Assembly (NCBI GenBank): GCA_963703955.1
Contig: CAVPGK010000017.1
Span: forward strand, 160,001 to 224,000
Reading direction: 5' to 3'
From: Nitrospirota bacterium
Lineage (GTDB): Bacteria > Nitrospirota > Nitrospiria > Nitrospirales > Nitrospiraceae
Length of the DNA stretch: 64,000 bases
In this document: piece by piece, positions 47,264-58,197 of the stretch
How the letters are laid out: every line of letters starts with the position of its first letter
How positions within the stretch are numbered: position 1 is the first letter of the stretch
The notes under the pieces: model-generated
What the model was told of the DNA's origin: nothing
The model's database searches: none
The model's input: only the letters and a program-made list of their open reading frames with translations
Position numbers and translations under genes: made by a program

Positions 47264-49192
47264 TTGCAAGAATCCCAAGACCCACAAGAGATTCACATCA
47301 CCCTTCCAGACGGGACACACCGCAGTGTTCCGATAGGATCTACTGTCGGCGACGCGCTTAACATCAGCGGAGGTCTGACCTCTGGTGTGCTGGCGGCCAA
47401 GGTCGACGGTCGGCTCGTTGATTTGGCCACGGACCTAACCAGAGATATCTCGCTGGAACCTGTGACTTTCGATTCGCCCGAAGGGAAAGAAGTCTATCGG
47501 CACAGCAGCACCCACATTATGGCGCAGGCGGTCAAAGAAGTCTTTCCCTCTGCGCAACTCGCCATCGGTCCGGCGATCGAGGACGGATTCTATTACGATT
47601 TTGGATTCGAGCGGCCGTTTACTCCGGAAGATTTGCAGAAAATCGAAACGCGCGCGAATGAAATTATCAAGGCCAATCGTCCGTTCAAGCGGCAGGAGCT
47701 GCCGAGGCCGGACGCCATTGAATTTTTTGCGAACCGCGGCGAACGGTACAAGGTTGACATCCTGGAACACATCGAGGATCCCACGGCCTCCCTGTATAGC
47801 CAAGGCGAATTCATCGACCTCTGCCGGGGGCCGCACCTCCCTTCCACGGGTTGTGTGGGGGCGCTGAAGCTTCTCTCGAGCGGAGGCGCGTATTGGCGGG
47901 GGGACGAGCGAAATCCGATGCTCCAACGGATTTATGGAACATCCTTCCCCACCCAGGCAGCGTTGGATGCATACCTCGCCAAGCTTGAGGAAATCAAACG
48001 CCGTGATCATCGCAAGCTGAGCAAAGACCTTGACCTCGTCACGATTCAAGACGAAATCGGGCCGGGTCTCGTGCTCTGGCATCCCAAGGGGGCGTTGATT
48101 CGGCTGCTGATCGAGAACTTTTGGCGCGAGCAGCACCTGCGGGAGGGCTATGAGCTTGTGTACTCCCCGCACGTCGCGCGCTTAGATCTGTGGAAAACCA
48201 GCGGACATGTGGATTACTACCGCGAGAACATGTTTACGGCGATGAAGGTGGAGGCGAGTGAGTATCAGCTCAAGCCGATGAATTGCCCCTTCCACATTAT
48301 GATCTATAAGTCCCATCTTCGAAGTTATCGCGATCTGCCGATTCGGTATGGGGAACTGGGAACTGTCTATCGGTATGAGCGCACGGGCGTCCTGCATGGC
48401 CTGCTGCGGGTTCGTGGCTTTACGCAGGACGATGCGCATCTGTTTTGCCGGCCGGATCAGATCGAAGCGGAGGTCAGCCGCGTCTTGGAGTTCACGTTCT
48501 TTGTGCTTCGCACATTCGGCTTTTCTGAGTTTGAGGTCTATCTGTCCACTCGCCCGGAAAAAGCCGTTGGCTCGGCGGAAAATTGGGCGCAAGCGACTGA
48601 CGCTTTGGAAGCGGCCCTGAGAAATCGCGGTGTGGCCTATGAGATCGATCCGGGAGAAGGAGTCTTTTACGGTCCGAAGATTGATATCAAGATCAAGGAT
48701 GTGCTCGGACGCTCCTGGCAGTGCTCCACCGTGCAGATCGATTTCAACAATCCGGAACGGTTCGAGCTGGCGTACATCGGTGAGGACGGAAAGACCCATC
48801 AGCCGATCATGATCCACCGGGCGTTGATGGGATCGATCGAACGATTTTTCGGAATTCTGGTGGAACACTACGCTGGCGCGTTTCCCACTTGGCTGGCACC
48901 GGTCCAGGCCAAAGTACTCTGCATCACCGACAAACAACGGACCTATGCCGAGTCCGTCGTGGGGCAGCTCAAAGCCTCAGGGGTGCGGGCCGAAGCGGAC
49001 CTCCGCAATGAAAAGGTGGGCTTCAAGATTCGTGAGGCGGAAAAGGGGAAGATTCCTTACATGCTGGTGATTGGGGATCGTGAGGTAGAAGCCGGGACAG
49101 TCTCCGTCCGCGGACGAAGCGGCGCGAATCATGGCAGTCTTTCTGTCCAAACGTTTATTGACATGATTCGGGCCGATATCCCCCGATCCTAG
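47264..49192 (+). CDS. thrS: Threonine--tRNA ligase
   Basis: TGS domain, DLCRGPH, RDHRKL, KPMNCP, RVRGFTQDDAH. Confidence 0.97.
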   Translation: MQESQDPQEIHITLPDGTHRSVPIGSTVGDALNISGGLTSGVLAAKVDGRLVDLATDLTRDISLEPVTFDSPEGKEVYRHSSTHIMAQAVKEVFPSAQLAIGPAIEDGFYYDFGFERPFTPEDLQKIETRANEIIKANRPFKRQELPRPDAIEFFANRGERYKVDILEHIEDPTASLYSQGEFIDLCRGPHLPSTGCVGALKLLSSGGAYWRGDERNPMLQRIYGTSFPTQAALDAYLAKLEEIKRRDHRKLSKDLDLVTIQDEIGPGLVLWHPKGALIRLLIENFWREQHLREGYELVYSPHVARLDLWKTSGHVDYYRENMFTAMKVEASEYQLKPMNCPFHIMIYKSHLRSYRDLPIRYGELGTVYRYERTGVLHGLLRVRGFTQDDAHLFCRPDQIEAEVSRVLEFTFFVLRTFGFSEFEVYLSTRPEKAVGSAENWAQATDALEAALRNRGVAYEIDPGEGVFYGPKIDIKIKDVLGRSWQCSTVQIDFNNPERFELAYIGEDGKTHQPIMIHRALMGSIERFFGILVEHYAGAFPTWLAPVQAKVLCITDKQRTYAESVVGQLKASGVRAEADLRNEKVGFKIREAEKGKIPYMLVIGDREVEAGTVSVRGRSGANHGSLSVQTFIDMIRADIPRS

Positions 49193-49224
49193 AGATTATC
49201 AACCCTTTCACGACGAGGTGCCGT

Positions 49225-49734
49225 ATCGTTCCGAAACTGCGGGTCAATCGGGAAATCCGAATTCGTGAAGTTCGTGTGATCGGTCCAGAGGGAGAGCAGC
49301 TCGGAATTTTGCCCACTCCCGACGCGTTCCGGAAGGCCCAAGAGTTGGGCTATGATCTGGTTGAGGTGGCTCCGAATTCTCAGCCTCCTGTCTGCCGGAT
49401 CATGGATTATGGAAAATATAAGTACGAACTCCAAAAGAAGGAGCACCAGAGCCGTCGGCACCAAAAATCGACCCAGGTGAAGGAGATCAAGCTGAGGCCG
49501 AGAACCGACAAGCATGATCTGGAAATCAAGATCCGACAGATCAAAGAATTCTTGGTGGACGGCAACAAGACGAAGGTGACGGTGACGTTTCGTGGGCGTG
49601 AGATGGCGAACCAGGAGCCGGGACGCACTATGATGAACACGGTAGTTGAACAACTGGCTGACTCGGGAACGATCGAGTACGCGCCGCGGATGGAGGGGCG
49701 AAGCTTGATCATGATTGTGGCGCCGAAGAGTTAA
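49225..49734 (+). CDS. infC: Translation initiation factor IF-3 (ATC start)
   Basis: SD GAGGTG, then in-frame ATC GTT CCG AAA...RVNREIRIREVRVI, DLVEVAP, IMDYGKYKY. Confidence 0.95.
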   Translation: MVPKLRVNREIRIREVRVIGPEGEQLGILPTPDAFRKAQELGYDLVEVAPNSQPPVCRIMDYGKYKYELQKKEHQSRRHQKSTQVKEIKLRPRTDKHDLEIKIRQIKEFLVDGNKTKVTVTFRGREMANQEPGRTMMNTVVEQLADSGTIEYAPRMEGRSLIMIVAPKS

Positions 49735-49756
49735 GGTTTAGAGGGGTCCTAGGGCT

Positions 49757-49905
49757 ATCTCCGTGCTCGCGCACCGCGGCCATTTTCACCCAGGCCGCCC
49801 CAGGCGCCATCTCGCCCGCCCGCCCCGAGCCTGCCAAGACAGGCTCTCTTCCCGTAGGACGCCCCTTCCCGAGCAGAAGGTGCTCGGTGAACGCGCGGAG
49901 TGCCG
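49757..49905 (+). repeat. Intergenic repeat containing the C-rich hairpin unit
   Basis: TTTCACCC...CCCGCCCC GAGCCTG-CCAAGA-CAGGCTC TCTTCCCGTAGGACGC matches unit 5 of the 6944-7185 array. Confidence 0.7.
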
Positions 49906-49977
49906 CCCAGTCTCGGTGCCCGTGCATGCGTCATGTGTGAATTGATCGAAGGGGTTGAAGAGAAAGAGAGGGAGAAC

Positions 49978-50181
49978 ATGCCAAAACTGAAGACGCACAA
50001 GGGGGCCAGCAAACGATTCAAGCGGACGGGGACGGGTAAGCTGATGAGGCGCAGGGCCGGCAAACGGCACATTTTGACCAGCAAGACCCGCGATCGCAAG
50101 CGGCGACTGGCAGGCACGACCGCCGTCGATTCGACCAGCACGTACGCCGTCAGCCGACAGATGCCGTATCACTCGTCATGA
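49978..50181 (+). CDS. rpmI: 50S ribosomal protein L35
   Basis: [21 protein letters not shown]...HIL. Confidence 0.96.
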   Translation: MPKLKTHKGASKRFKRTGTGKLMRRRAGKRHILTSKTRDRKRRLAGTTAVDSTSTYAVSRQMPYHSS

Positions 50182-50230
50182 CCGCGGTCAGCGGAGGCTG
50201 ACTGCCAACGCAAAGTAAGGAGTCGGAACC

Positions 50231-50599
50231 ATGTCACGCGCAAAGGGCGGTCCCAAGACCAGGCAGCGAAGAAAGAAGCGAATCAAGTTAGCAAAAGGTC
50301 AATACGGCGCAAAGAGCCGGCTGTTCCGATCCGCGACCGAGTCGGTGGACAAAGGGCAAACCTATGCCTATGTCGAGCGCAAGAAGCGGAAGCGGAATTT
50401 TCGCCGTCTGTGGGTCACCCGGATCAGCGCTGCGGTTCGTCAACACGGGCTCACCTATAGCCGGTTCATGAATGCGCTCAGGAAAGCCAACATTCTTCTC
50501 GACCGGAAGGTGCTCTCGGACATGGCGATCAAGGATCCAGGCGGGTTCAATCAACTCACGGAGCTTGCGAAGCAGCACGCTGACTCGTCCGTAGGATAG
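50231..50599 (+). CDS. rplT: 50S ribosomal protein L20
   Basis: KRNFRRLWVTRISAA, YSRFM, DRKVLSDMA. Confidence 0.96.
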   Translation: MSRAKGGPKTRQRRKKRIKLAKGQYGAKSRLFRSATESVDKGQTYAYVERKKRKRNFRRLWVTRISAAVRQHGLTYSRFMNALRKANILLDRKVLSDMAIKDPGGFNQLTELAKQHADSSVG

Positions 50600-50616
50600 G
50601 TCTCGAGCGCATGGTC

Positions 50617-52332
50617 CTATTGCTCAAGGAGTCGGTTCACTGCAAACTCGAAAGCGACGCACGGCATCGCCACCTGCCATTGTTCCAACACTTCCGGGTG
50701 TAACTCGCCGATCACGCCGAGGGGCCGGCCGTCACACAGGATGCGGCCGGCTCGCCCGTCCAGGAACGAGGGATGGGCGAGGGGTTCCAATTCATACAGG
50801 TGTCCCAGATAATGGAAGAGGAGATCCAGGCACGAGTGGACCTCTGAAAAATTTGCCGTCGCGTGCGCAAGCAACACCCCTGCCGACATCACCGTCCGTC
50901 CGCCGAGTTCATGCGTGAGATCCGGAATCACGACCTCCCCCACCTCAAAAAGCCGATGAGGGTAAAAGGCTCGCGTGGAGACTGATTCAATGCGCAGCAA
51001 GGAGGGAAGGATGCCTTGCCTGAGGCAGGCGAAGTTCTGAGACATGACATTATCCACCTCGACCACCCGTTCCCACTCGGTCCCCGGGAGACGCATACGG
51101 TCGACCAGATCAGAGCGAGAGGTGAGGATATTGGAGATCACCTCCTGAAATCCCATTCCGATCAAGAGATCTCTGATGCGATCTGAGACCTGCTCCAGCC
51201 TCGACAGCCCGCCGACGGTAAATTCTGATGGCATGACGGGAACAAAGTCCCCGTATCCCCGGCTGATGGCGACATCCTCCACGACATCCATGGCATGCAT
51301 GACATCGTTTCGATAGGGTGGGAGTTTCACGGTGACCATCTCGCGGGCAAGGGCGACCTCATATCCATAGGTCAGCAAGGCCTGGCGGATCTGATCCGAC
51401 GCCAACGGCTGTCCTAAAGCCGATTCGATCGTCTTCATCGAGATGGTTCGGGACTTTCCGAAGTCGACTGGAGTACGAATCGCGGTCCCGAGGTCGGTCT
51501 GATACGGGTAGACCACCTCGATCGTCTCGATCGACGCCCCCCGGTCCGCCAGATTTACCGCGAGAATATTGAGCGTGAGTAGGACCATGGGCAGGTCCGT
51601 TCCGGTGACCTCCACGAAGAGTTCTCGATCGCCCACTCGGACTTCCCCGATTTCCCGGCTGTTGATAATCGGTGGGAGCGACAGCACCTGACCCTCGTCA
51701 TCCATCAAGAGCGGGACACGTTCATGACCGGCCAAAATGGGTCCGTACTCCAGCCCCTTGGGGTGCACGGACAATATTTCGCGCAAGGACATCTTTTCGT
51801 CGAATCCCAGCGGGGTAAACCGCGCGTCATCGGGCTTCACGAGCGCATAGGTGACGGGGAAGGCGATGGACGGGAGGCGGTACAGACCGATTGAGACCGT
51901 GCGACGCTGCCGTCCAAAAACCTCCGCCAACTTTTCTTGGCCTTGGATGAGCTGCGTCAACCCCGCTTCATTCACTTCATAGCCGACCGCCGAGCAAGCC
52001 GCGACATAGGGCCTGACGCTCTCCAATCCCGGAGAGACAATAAGCCGCCGAGTGGGACGACTCCTTGCATGAAAGAAGGGGTATGGTGACGGGGCGCCCG
52101 TTAACTTGGTGCGGATCTGTCGGGCGATGCCTTCGCAGGACCAGAGATCCGGACGATTGCTGTCCTGCAATTCCACGCGTAACTCATCTGTCTCCTGCTC
52201 ATGATCCTTCAGCTCGCCTTTCACCCAGCACAGCCAGGACTCAATCACCTCAGAAGTCATAGGTTCGGCCGTCGTCGAGCGTTGACCAAGGAGCTGCTCA
52301 AAATCTTTCCGATTAATCGAAATGGTCGGCAT
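50617..52332 (-). CDS. pheT: Phenylalanine--tRNA ligase beta subunit, archaeal/eukaryote-type (short)
   Basis: MPTISI, NRPDLWSCEGIAR, VRPYV, SLPPIINS, DVVEDVAI; 571 aa with no OB-fold or FDX-ACB. Confidence 0.9.
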   Translation of the reverse strand: MPTISINRKDFEQLLGQRSTTAEPMTSEVIESWLCWVKGELKDHEQETDELRVELQDSNRPDLWSCEGIARQIRTKLTGAPSPYPFFHARSRPTRRLIVSPGLESVRPYVAACSAVGYEVNEAGLTQLIQGQEKLAEVFGRQRRTVSIGLYRLPSIAFPVTYALVKPDDARFTPLGFDEKMSLREILSVHPKGLEYGPILAGHERVPLLMDDEGQVLSLPPIINSREIGEVRVGDRELFVEVTGTDLPMVLLTLNILAVNLADRGASIETIEVVYPYQTDLGTAIRTPVDFGKSRTISMKTIESALGQPLASDQIRQALLTYGYEVALAREMVTVKLPPYRNDVMHAMDVVEDVAISRGYGDFVPVMPSEFTVGGLSRLEQVSDRIRDLLIGMGFQEVISNILTSRSDLVDRMRLPGTEWERVVEVDNVMSQNFACLRQGILPSLLRIESVSTRAFYPHRLFEVGEVVIPDLTHELGGRTVMSAGVLLAHATANFSEVHSCLDLLFHYLGHLYELEPLAHPSFLDGRAGRILCDGRPLGVIGELHPEVLEQWQVAMPCVAFEFAVNRLLEQ

Positions 52333-52341
52333 TGTCTCTTA

Positions 52342-52424
52342 GAGTTCTGAGTTCTGAGTTCTGAGGCGTAAGCGAAGACGATCGTTGTTCGACTCTTGAA
52401 TTTGAACTCAGAACTTAGAACTTC
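52342..52424. repeat. Inverted heptamer repeats between pheS and pheT
   Basis: (GAGTTCT)x3 at 52342-52362 and GAACTCA GAACTTA GAACTTC at 52404-52424. Confidence 0.7.
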
Positions 52425-52430
52425 CTGGAA

Positions 52431-54005
52431 TTAGAAGCGCCCGCGCATGGTGCGAATCAACTCCAGATCGCTCGAAAACAGATCGCGGATGTCATGAATC
52501 TCCAGGGCAACCATAGCCATGCGGTCCAGCCCCAATCCCCATGCAATCACCGGAACCTCCACGCCGAGCGGCACGGTGACTTCCTGTCTGAATAAGCCCG
52601 CCCCGCCTAGCTCCATCCAGCCCAAGCGGGGATGCCGGACATGCAGCTCGACCGACGGTTCGGTGAACGGGAAATACGCCGGTAAAAACCGACTTTCTTT
52701 GGATTGGGCAACCTCGCGGGCAAAGAGATCGAGCAATCCCAGCAAGGTTCTAAAGTTAATGTCGGGACCTAGCACGATCCCCTCGACCTGAAAGAAATCG
52801 GTGGCGTGGGTTGCGTCCACTTGGTCGTAGCGAAAGCACCGCGCGATCGAAAAATACTTGCCCGGAATCTGCGGCCCTGAGGCCAAGGTGCGGGCTGACA
52901 CGGCCGTCCCCTGGCTGCGGAGGACCAAACGCTTCGCGCGCTCGCGATCGTAGGTGTATCCCCAGCCGGTGGACCCGGTCTTTCCTCCGTTCTGATGAGT
53001 GTCGGCCACCCTAGACAGAAATGGCTCAGGCGTCTCTCGCGCGTGGGTCGGCTCTTTCACAAAATACACATCATGGATGGCCCTGGCCGGATGGAACTGC
53101 GGCATGTAGAGGCTATCCATATTCCAGAACTCAGTCTCGATCAGCGACCCTCGCATTTCTTGGAAGCCCATACTGACCAACTTGTGCTTCACGAGATCAA
53201 GGAACTCGCGATAGGCATGGCGTCTCCCGATGGCAATACGGGGCGGGCGGAGGCTAATGGTGTATTTGCGAAACCGCTTGGTGCGCCAGGCTCCATCTTT
53301 GAGCAGCTCGGGAGTGAGCTGCGAGACCTCTTCTCCTGCGGTATCTTTTAGAAGACCCTGCGCCACCGTGCCCGCCGCTGTGAGGATATAGGACCGCTCC
53401 GGCCGTTCATCGATGCGGAACGGTTCACGAGGGTTCCCTCGTTTGACGGCATACTGTTTGATGACATCCTGCTGGGCCGGGGAGAAAGAGGCAAGATTTT
53501 TCTTTCTACCGTGGAGCCCAATTAACAGGTTGCGGAGCTCCTTACAGGTTGGACTGTCAGAACCGGTCAGTTCCAAGTATCCGCCAGGTACGACCCGGAC
53601 CGCTCCCTCTTTTTTCAACAATCCGATGGCCGCGCTCACCTCAGGTGGTTCCAGCCCTTCACGGGATTGAATATCCTTGATCGTGAGGCGTTTCCCTGAC
53701 TGTTCCGCCTCCTTCAACGAGGAGAAGATCCGTTCAATCGGCGCATACTTTTCAAAGTAGATCTCGCCGATCTCTGTGAGCGAGACGAGGGCAGTCGCGG
53801 ATTCTTCATGAACGCGAACGAGCCCCTTTGAGAGCAACCATCCGAGGGCCATACTGATCTGTGAGGGCTCAAGTGAGGTGGCCTGGCCGAGATCTTCTTC
53901 TCCCATGGCTGCCGAGGCAGAATCGGCTTGGTGGTCGCCGAGCGTGGAGAGCACTTTGATTTCCAGCGGATGCAGGCTGTCGATCAGGGTGGTAGGATCT
54001 TGCAT
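52431..54005 (-). CDS. pheS: Phenylalanine--tRNA ligase alpha subunit, archaeal/eukaryote-type (long N-terminus)
   Basis: FWNMDSLYMPQFHPAR, DATHATDFFQVEG, PAYFPFTEPS, AWGLGLDR, HDIRDLF. Confidence 0.92.
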   Translation of the reverse strand: MQDPTTLIDSLHPLEIKVLSTLGDHQADSASAAMGEEDLGQATSLEPSQISMALGWLLSKGLVRVHEESATALVSLTEIGEIYFEKYAPIERIFSSLKEAEQSGKRLTIKDIQSREGLEPPEVSAAIGLLKKEGAVRVVPGGYLELTGSDSPTCKELRNLLIGLHGRKKNLASFSPAQQDVIKQYAVKRGNPREPFRIDERPERSYILTAAGTVAQGLLKDTAGEEVSQLTPELLKDGAWRTKRFRKYTISLRPPRIAIGRRHAYREFLDLVKHKLVSMGFQEMRGSLIETEFWNMDSLYMPQFHPARAIHDVYFVKEPTHARETPEPFLSRVADTHQNGGKTGSTGWGYTYDRERAKRLVLRSQGTAVSARTLASGPQIPGKYFSIARCFRYDQVDATHATDFFQVEGIVLGPDINFRTLLGLLDLFAREVAQSKESRFLPAYFPFTEPSVELHVRHPRLGWMELGGAGLFRQEVTVPLGVEVPVIAWGLGLDRMAMVALEIHDIRDLFSSDLELIRTMRGRF

Positions 54006-54027
54006 GCTTACGGCTAACGGCGCCTCG

Positions 54028-54730
54028 TCACGTGGATTCGACCGGCTTCGCCTTATGCGTTCGCTGCGCGGCCTGCCGCATGGCAGTGATCGTCGCACGG
54101 TAGTCTTGGGTGGTGAAGATAGCAGACCCGGCCACTAGAATATCAGCGCCGGCCTCGATAATTCGTCCAGCATTGTCCACTTTCACACCTCCGTCTACCT
54201 CCAAAACGGCATGGCTGCGTGAGCGGTCGAGAATCTGGCGCGCGCGCATGATTTTTCCGAGGGTCGAGGGGATGAACTGCTGGCCGCCGAAGCCGGGACT
54301 TACGGACATGATAAGGAGAAGGTCCACATCTTCAATGATTTCCTCAATGGCGGTCAACGAGGTGGCGGGGTTCAGCGTCACCCCGGCCTTGACCCCGTGT
54401 TCCTTGATCGCCTGAATGGTCCGATGCAGATGCGGACACGTCTCCACGTGGACGGTCAGATAATCCGCCCCTGCCTCGGCAAATTCCGGAATAAACGCAT
54501 CGGGGTTGGTAATCATGAGATGCACGTCCAAGGGCAACTTCGTGACTTTTCGTAGTGCTTCGACAATAGGGGGCCCCGACCGTGAGATTTGGCACGAAAT
54601 GGCCGTCCATCACGTCGATGTGCAACAGATCGGCGCCTCCCTTTTCCACACAGGCGACCTCTTCGGCAAGCCGCGCAAAATCCGCTGAAAGAATTGACGG
54701 CGCAATCCGAACGTCTGCGCGGGCCATCAC
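54028..54730 (-). CDS. rpe: Ribulose-phosphate 3-epimerase, split by an extra G at ~54575
   Basis: [24 protein letters not shown] | [22 protein letters not shown]. Confidence 0.9.
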
Positions 54731-56175
54731 GCTGAGACCTTTCGGAGCCGGGCGGCAAAAAACCCATCCATGGAGTAAGGCGAGAACATGGTCGAGAGAT
54801 CTCCCTCAGCGTTCATGAGGGCTTGGCCGGCCGGCGGTAACCACGTGGCAACGGATTCGGGAGAGAATTCCGAGTGTTGCTCAAGAAACTGCGCAACCAC
54901 CTGCTCATTTTCTTCCGGTTCAGTCGAACAAGTACTATAGACTAATACGCCGCCAGGTCGCAAGGCGCGGCTGATCCGATCGAGTAGCCTCATCTGCATA
55001 GCCTGATGTCGCGCCAAGAGATCCTCTGCTTTTTGCCATTTGCCTTCGGGATGTCGGCGAAGGACGCCCAAGCCGCTGCACGGCGCATCCAGCAAAACGC
55101 GATCGAAGGGCACCGCCAGAGCGCTCAGAAGACGCGATGAACGTGATCGATCATCCGTGAACGACGGTATGGCTTGAGCGGCATCGGCTTGCATCGTGGT
55201 CACGATTCGAACGCCAAGCCGTCGGCAATTCTCTTCAAGCAGATGCAGGCGAGCCGCGCGCCGATCCAACGCGATGATTTCGCCACGATTCTGCATCAGC
55301 GCCGCAAGATGGGTAGCCTTTCCGCCGGGGGCGGCGCAAGCATCGAGCACGCGTTCGCCGGGCTGGGGATCAAGGATCGGCGGGACTAACTGTCCGGCCT
55401 CATCCTCGACATAAAACGCGCCTTCGCTGAAGAGCGGAAGCTCTGTCACCAGCCCACGCTTCTCCACGATCAAGCCTGTCGGGCTGACCTGAGTAGGGCA
55501 GGCCTCGCATCCCTCCTTCAGAAATTCCTGGAGCAGACGCTCGCGCGTCACCCGTAAGGTGTTGACTCGAAGTGTGAGAGGGGGGATTGAAGTTGTTGCC
55601 TTGCAGAGCAATTCGGCCCCCTCTGCGCCGAAACGATCGATCCATCGTCCTGACAGCCACTGCGGGCATCCATGTCGGACGGCAAAGGCGAAGGCCGGAT
55701 CGCGGGTCGAGTCCGGCCAGGCCGGAGCTGGCGTAGACCCTAATGCGCGAAGGACTGCATTCACGAACCCGGCCCAGTGTTGCCCAGAGCGTCGTTTGAC
55801 CAAAGAAACGGACTCGTTCACAGCGGCTGAGGCCGGCACGCGGTGCAAATACAGCAATTGGTAGGCGCCGATGCGCAGCGAGGAGCGGACCAGGAAGGGA
55901 AGGCGCTCGATGGACCGATCCGAGACCTGGACCAATCGCCAATCAAGCGTGGATCGATGGCGAAGGACACCATAGACCAGCTCAACGGCCAGCGCTCGAT
56001 CGCGGCCATCGAGCCGGGCTTGGGCGAGGGCTTGGTCCAACGATTCATCCGCAAAGACATTATTGCGTTCAACTTCCTGCAAGACCGCCATCGCCACCGA
56101 TCTGGCGCTAGGCCGGATGAAACGGGGCGTCACCAATGTCTTGGAAGTGTGCGGGGTGGGTTTCCCGCGTGTCAC
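54727..56175 (-). CDS. rsmB: 16S rRNA m5C967 methyltransferase
   Basis: NusB-like N-terminus, [21 protein letters not shown]. Confidence 0.93.
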   Translation of the reverse strand: MTRGKPTPHTSKTLVTPRFIRPSARSVAMAVLQEVERNNVFADESLDQALAQARLDGRDRALAVELVYGVLRHRSTLDWRLVQVSDRSIERLPFLVRSSLRIGAYQLLYLHRVPASAAVNESVSLVKRRSGQHWAGFVNAVLRALGSTPAPAWPDSTRDPAFAFAVRHGCPQWLSGRWIDRFGAEGAELLCKATTSIPPLTLRVNTLRVTRERLLQEFLKEGCEACPTQVSPTGLIVEKRGLVTELPLFSEGAFYVEDEAGQLVPPILDPQPGERVLDACAAPGGKATHLAALMQNRGEIIALDRRAARLHLLEENCRRLGVRIVTTMQADAAQAIPSFTDDRSRSSRLLSALAVPFDRVLLDAPCSGLGVLRRHPEGKWQKAEDLLARHQAMQMRLLDRISRALRPGGVLVYSTCSTEPEENEQVVAQFLEQHSEFSPESVATWLPPAGQALMNAEGDLSTMFSPYSMDGFFAARLRKVSA

Positions 56176-57137
56176 TCAGGCCTCGCGTGGGGAGAAGATC
56201 GGAGTACCAACCCTGCTGAGAGAGAATGTCCGGCTACATAGCTCTGGACTGTCATTCTCCGGCTGTTGGCGGGTTGAAGTTCCGTGATCGCCAGCAGGCC
56301 TTCCCCCGTTGAGACAAGGATCGAATCATTATTGAGGGTCACAATCGTTCCAGCCGGGGTTTCCTTTGGGAGGCCGGCATCGCGATTCACCGAGTACGCA
56401 CGGCAGATTGTCCATCGATCTTCACCGGCATGGGTGTAGGCTCCTGGCCACGGTGACAGTCCGCGGACGCGATTGGCGATATCCGCGGCCGGCAAACTCC
56501 AATCGATCGCCCCATTTTCTTTCTTGAGCAGCGGAGCCATGGTGGCTCGTGAATGATCCTGCGGCTCAGGGATGACCGTGCCGGCCTTCAGCCGACGGAT
56601 GGTTTCGACCAGCAGCCGTCCTCCCACCTCGCCTAATTTCCGGGAGAGGGTTCCCGCCGTGTCTTCAGAACTAATCGGAACGCGCTCTTGGAGTAGAATG
56701 GCGCCGGTATCCATGCCGGCATCCATCATCATCGTGGTGATGCCCGTTTCCTTTTCTCCATTGATGAGAGCCCACTGGATTGGCCCGGCGCCTCGATATT
56801 TAGGAAGTAACGAGGCATGGACATTGACGCACCCTTTGTGCGGCAGGTCCAGGATTACCGTGGGGAGGATGCGGCCGAACGCCGCCACAGTAATGAGATC
56901 GGGTTTCCACGCGCGAAGGGACTCGAGGAAAGCCGAGTCTTTCATTTTTGTGGGTTGCACAAACGGAATCCGTTCGCGCTGGCAGATTAGTTTGATGGGT
57001 GGAGGGGTCAACGCGCCTCCGCGACCCTTGGGTCGATCCGGTTGGGTCACCACGCCCACGACGGTATCTTCTGAATGCAAGAGCGCCTCGAGGGAAGGCA
57101 CAGCAAATTCCGGTGTGCCCATAAACACGATATTCAT
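56172..57137 (-). CDS. fmt: Methionyl-tRNA formyltransferase
   Basis: FMGTPEFA, TQPDRP, NVHASLLPKYRGAGP. Confidence 0.96.
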   Translation of the reverse strand: MNIVFMGTPEFAVPSLEALLHSEDTVVGVVTQPDRPKGRGGALTPPPIKLICQRERIPFVQPTKMKDSAFLESLRAWKPDLITVAAFGRILPTVILDLPHKGCVNVHASLLPKYRGAGPIQWALINGEKETGITTMMMDAGMDTGAILLQERVPISSEDTAGTLSRKLGEVGGRLLVETIRRLKAGTVIPEPQDHSRATMAPLLKKENGAIDWSLPAADIANRVRGLSPWPGAYTHAGEDRWTICRAYSVNRDAGLPKETPAGTIVTLNNDSILVSTGEGLLAITELQPANSRRMTVQSYVAGHSLSAGLVLRSSPHARPE

Positions 57138-57227
57138 GGTATCGCTTTAACACTGCTGCACATTGGATTGCAACGCAGCGACGTTCGTTGTCTTGACTTG
57201 GGAATGACCCATTTGTTAGCATCCGAC

Positions 57228-57304
<77 letters not shown>

Positions 57305-57323
57305 ACGTAACTCATTGACGCTG

Positions 57324-57360
57324 AAGGCCTTGACCATCATTTGGTCAGGGCCTTTTTATT
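57324..57360 (+). terminator. Terminator after tRNA-fMet
   Basis: AAGGCCTTGACCA-loop-TGGTCAGGGCCTT followed by TTTATT. Confidence 0.85.
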
Positions 57361-57910
57361 TCAGTAGCGAATGTAGGTTGCGGCTGGGTTCGGATTCGGG
57401 CTAGTGGTCCGTGATTTCCTGCCCCGTGCGTCCCATCGAAGGTGTGGCACCCGAAAAACGCGCCTCTTCTGCGCACGTGGGAACCTCCACGCAGTGCATA
57501 TCCGGGTTTGACGTGTCCAAACTCTCTTCGTCCTTTCACCGGGGCCCTTTGAGGGTAGCTGCCAAGCCAACTTACAAGTTATAAGCGCGCGTCGGGTTTC
57601 TAACCCATGGTACGGAGGGCCTTGATTTGCCAAATAAAGTATTGTAACCAACGGGTACACTACATCTCAGGCCGACGTCACGTCAATAGCGAGTTGACGA
57701 TCATGATGGTCGGTAGGACCACTTTGCGTTTCCTTCTCAGTAACAATGGCCTGTACCGCTCAGGGCTGTTGAGTTGATCGTGGAGGTCGAGCTTTGCCAG
57801 GTATCGATCCATGCTCGGAGGGCTCCTATTTTGACAGGATGTCAGACAGCCCAGGCTTATAGGATACTGAGCGGTTGTCACCAACAGAGAGGGAAATCTC
57901 TTACGTGCAC

Positions 57911-58153
57911 ATGGCGAAGTATTCAGTTAACTTCTTCTGCAACGAGTGCTCGGAGGTTCATCCGATGAGGGGGATCGTCTTACCCCTTGACGACGGTCCT
58001 TCAGTCAGAGCGAGTGTAGGGGCTACTTACGCTGGCAAAGCACTACCGGCTATTTTAGCGAACATCGGAGCCAACGTGCTTACCTGCCCAAACACAGGAA
58101 AACTTACGTCACAGAAGGACAACGACAAGGTGTTCCTAGTCGCAATAGGGTAA
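57911..58153 (+). CDS. Small metal-binding hypothetical protein
   Basis: MAKYSVNFFCNECSEVH...CPNTG. Confidence 0.65.
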   Translation: MAKYSVNFFCNECSEVHPMRGIVLPLDDGPSVRASVGATYAGKALPAILANIGANVLTCPNTGKLTSQKDNDKVFLVAIG

Positions 58154-58197
58154 AGAGGATGGGCGCAAGCCGGGCAAACAGTCCGCATGTGGGGAAG

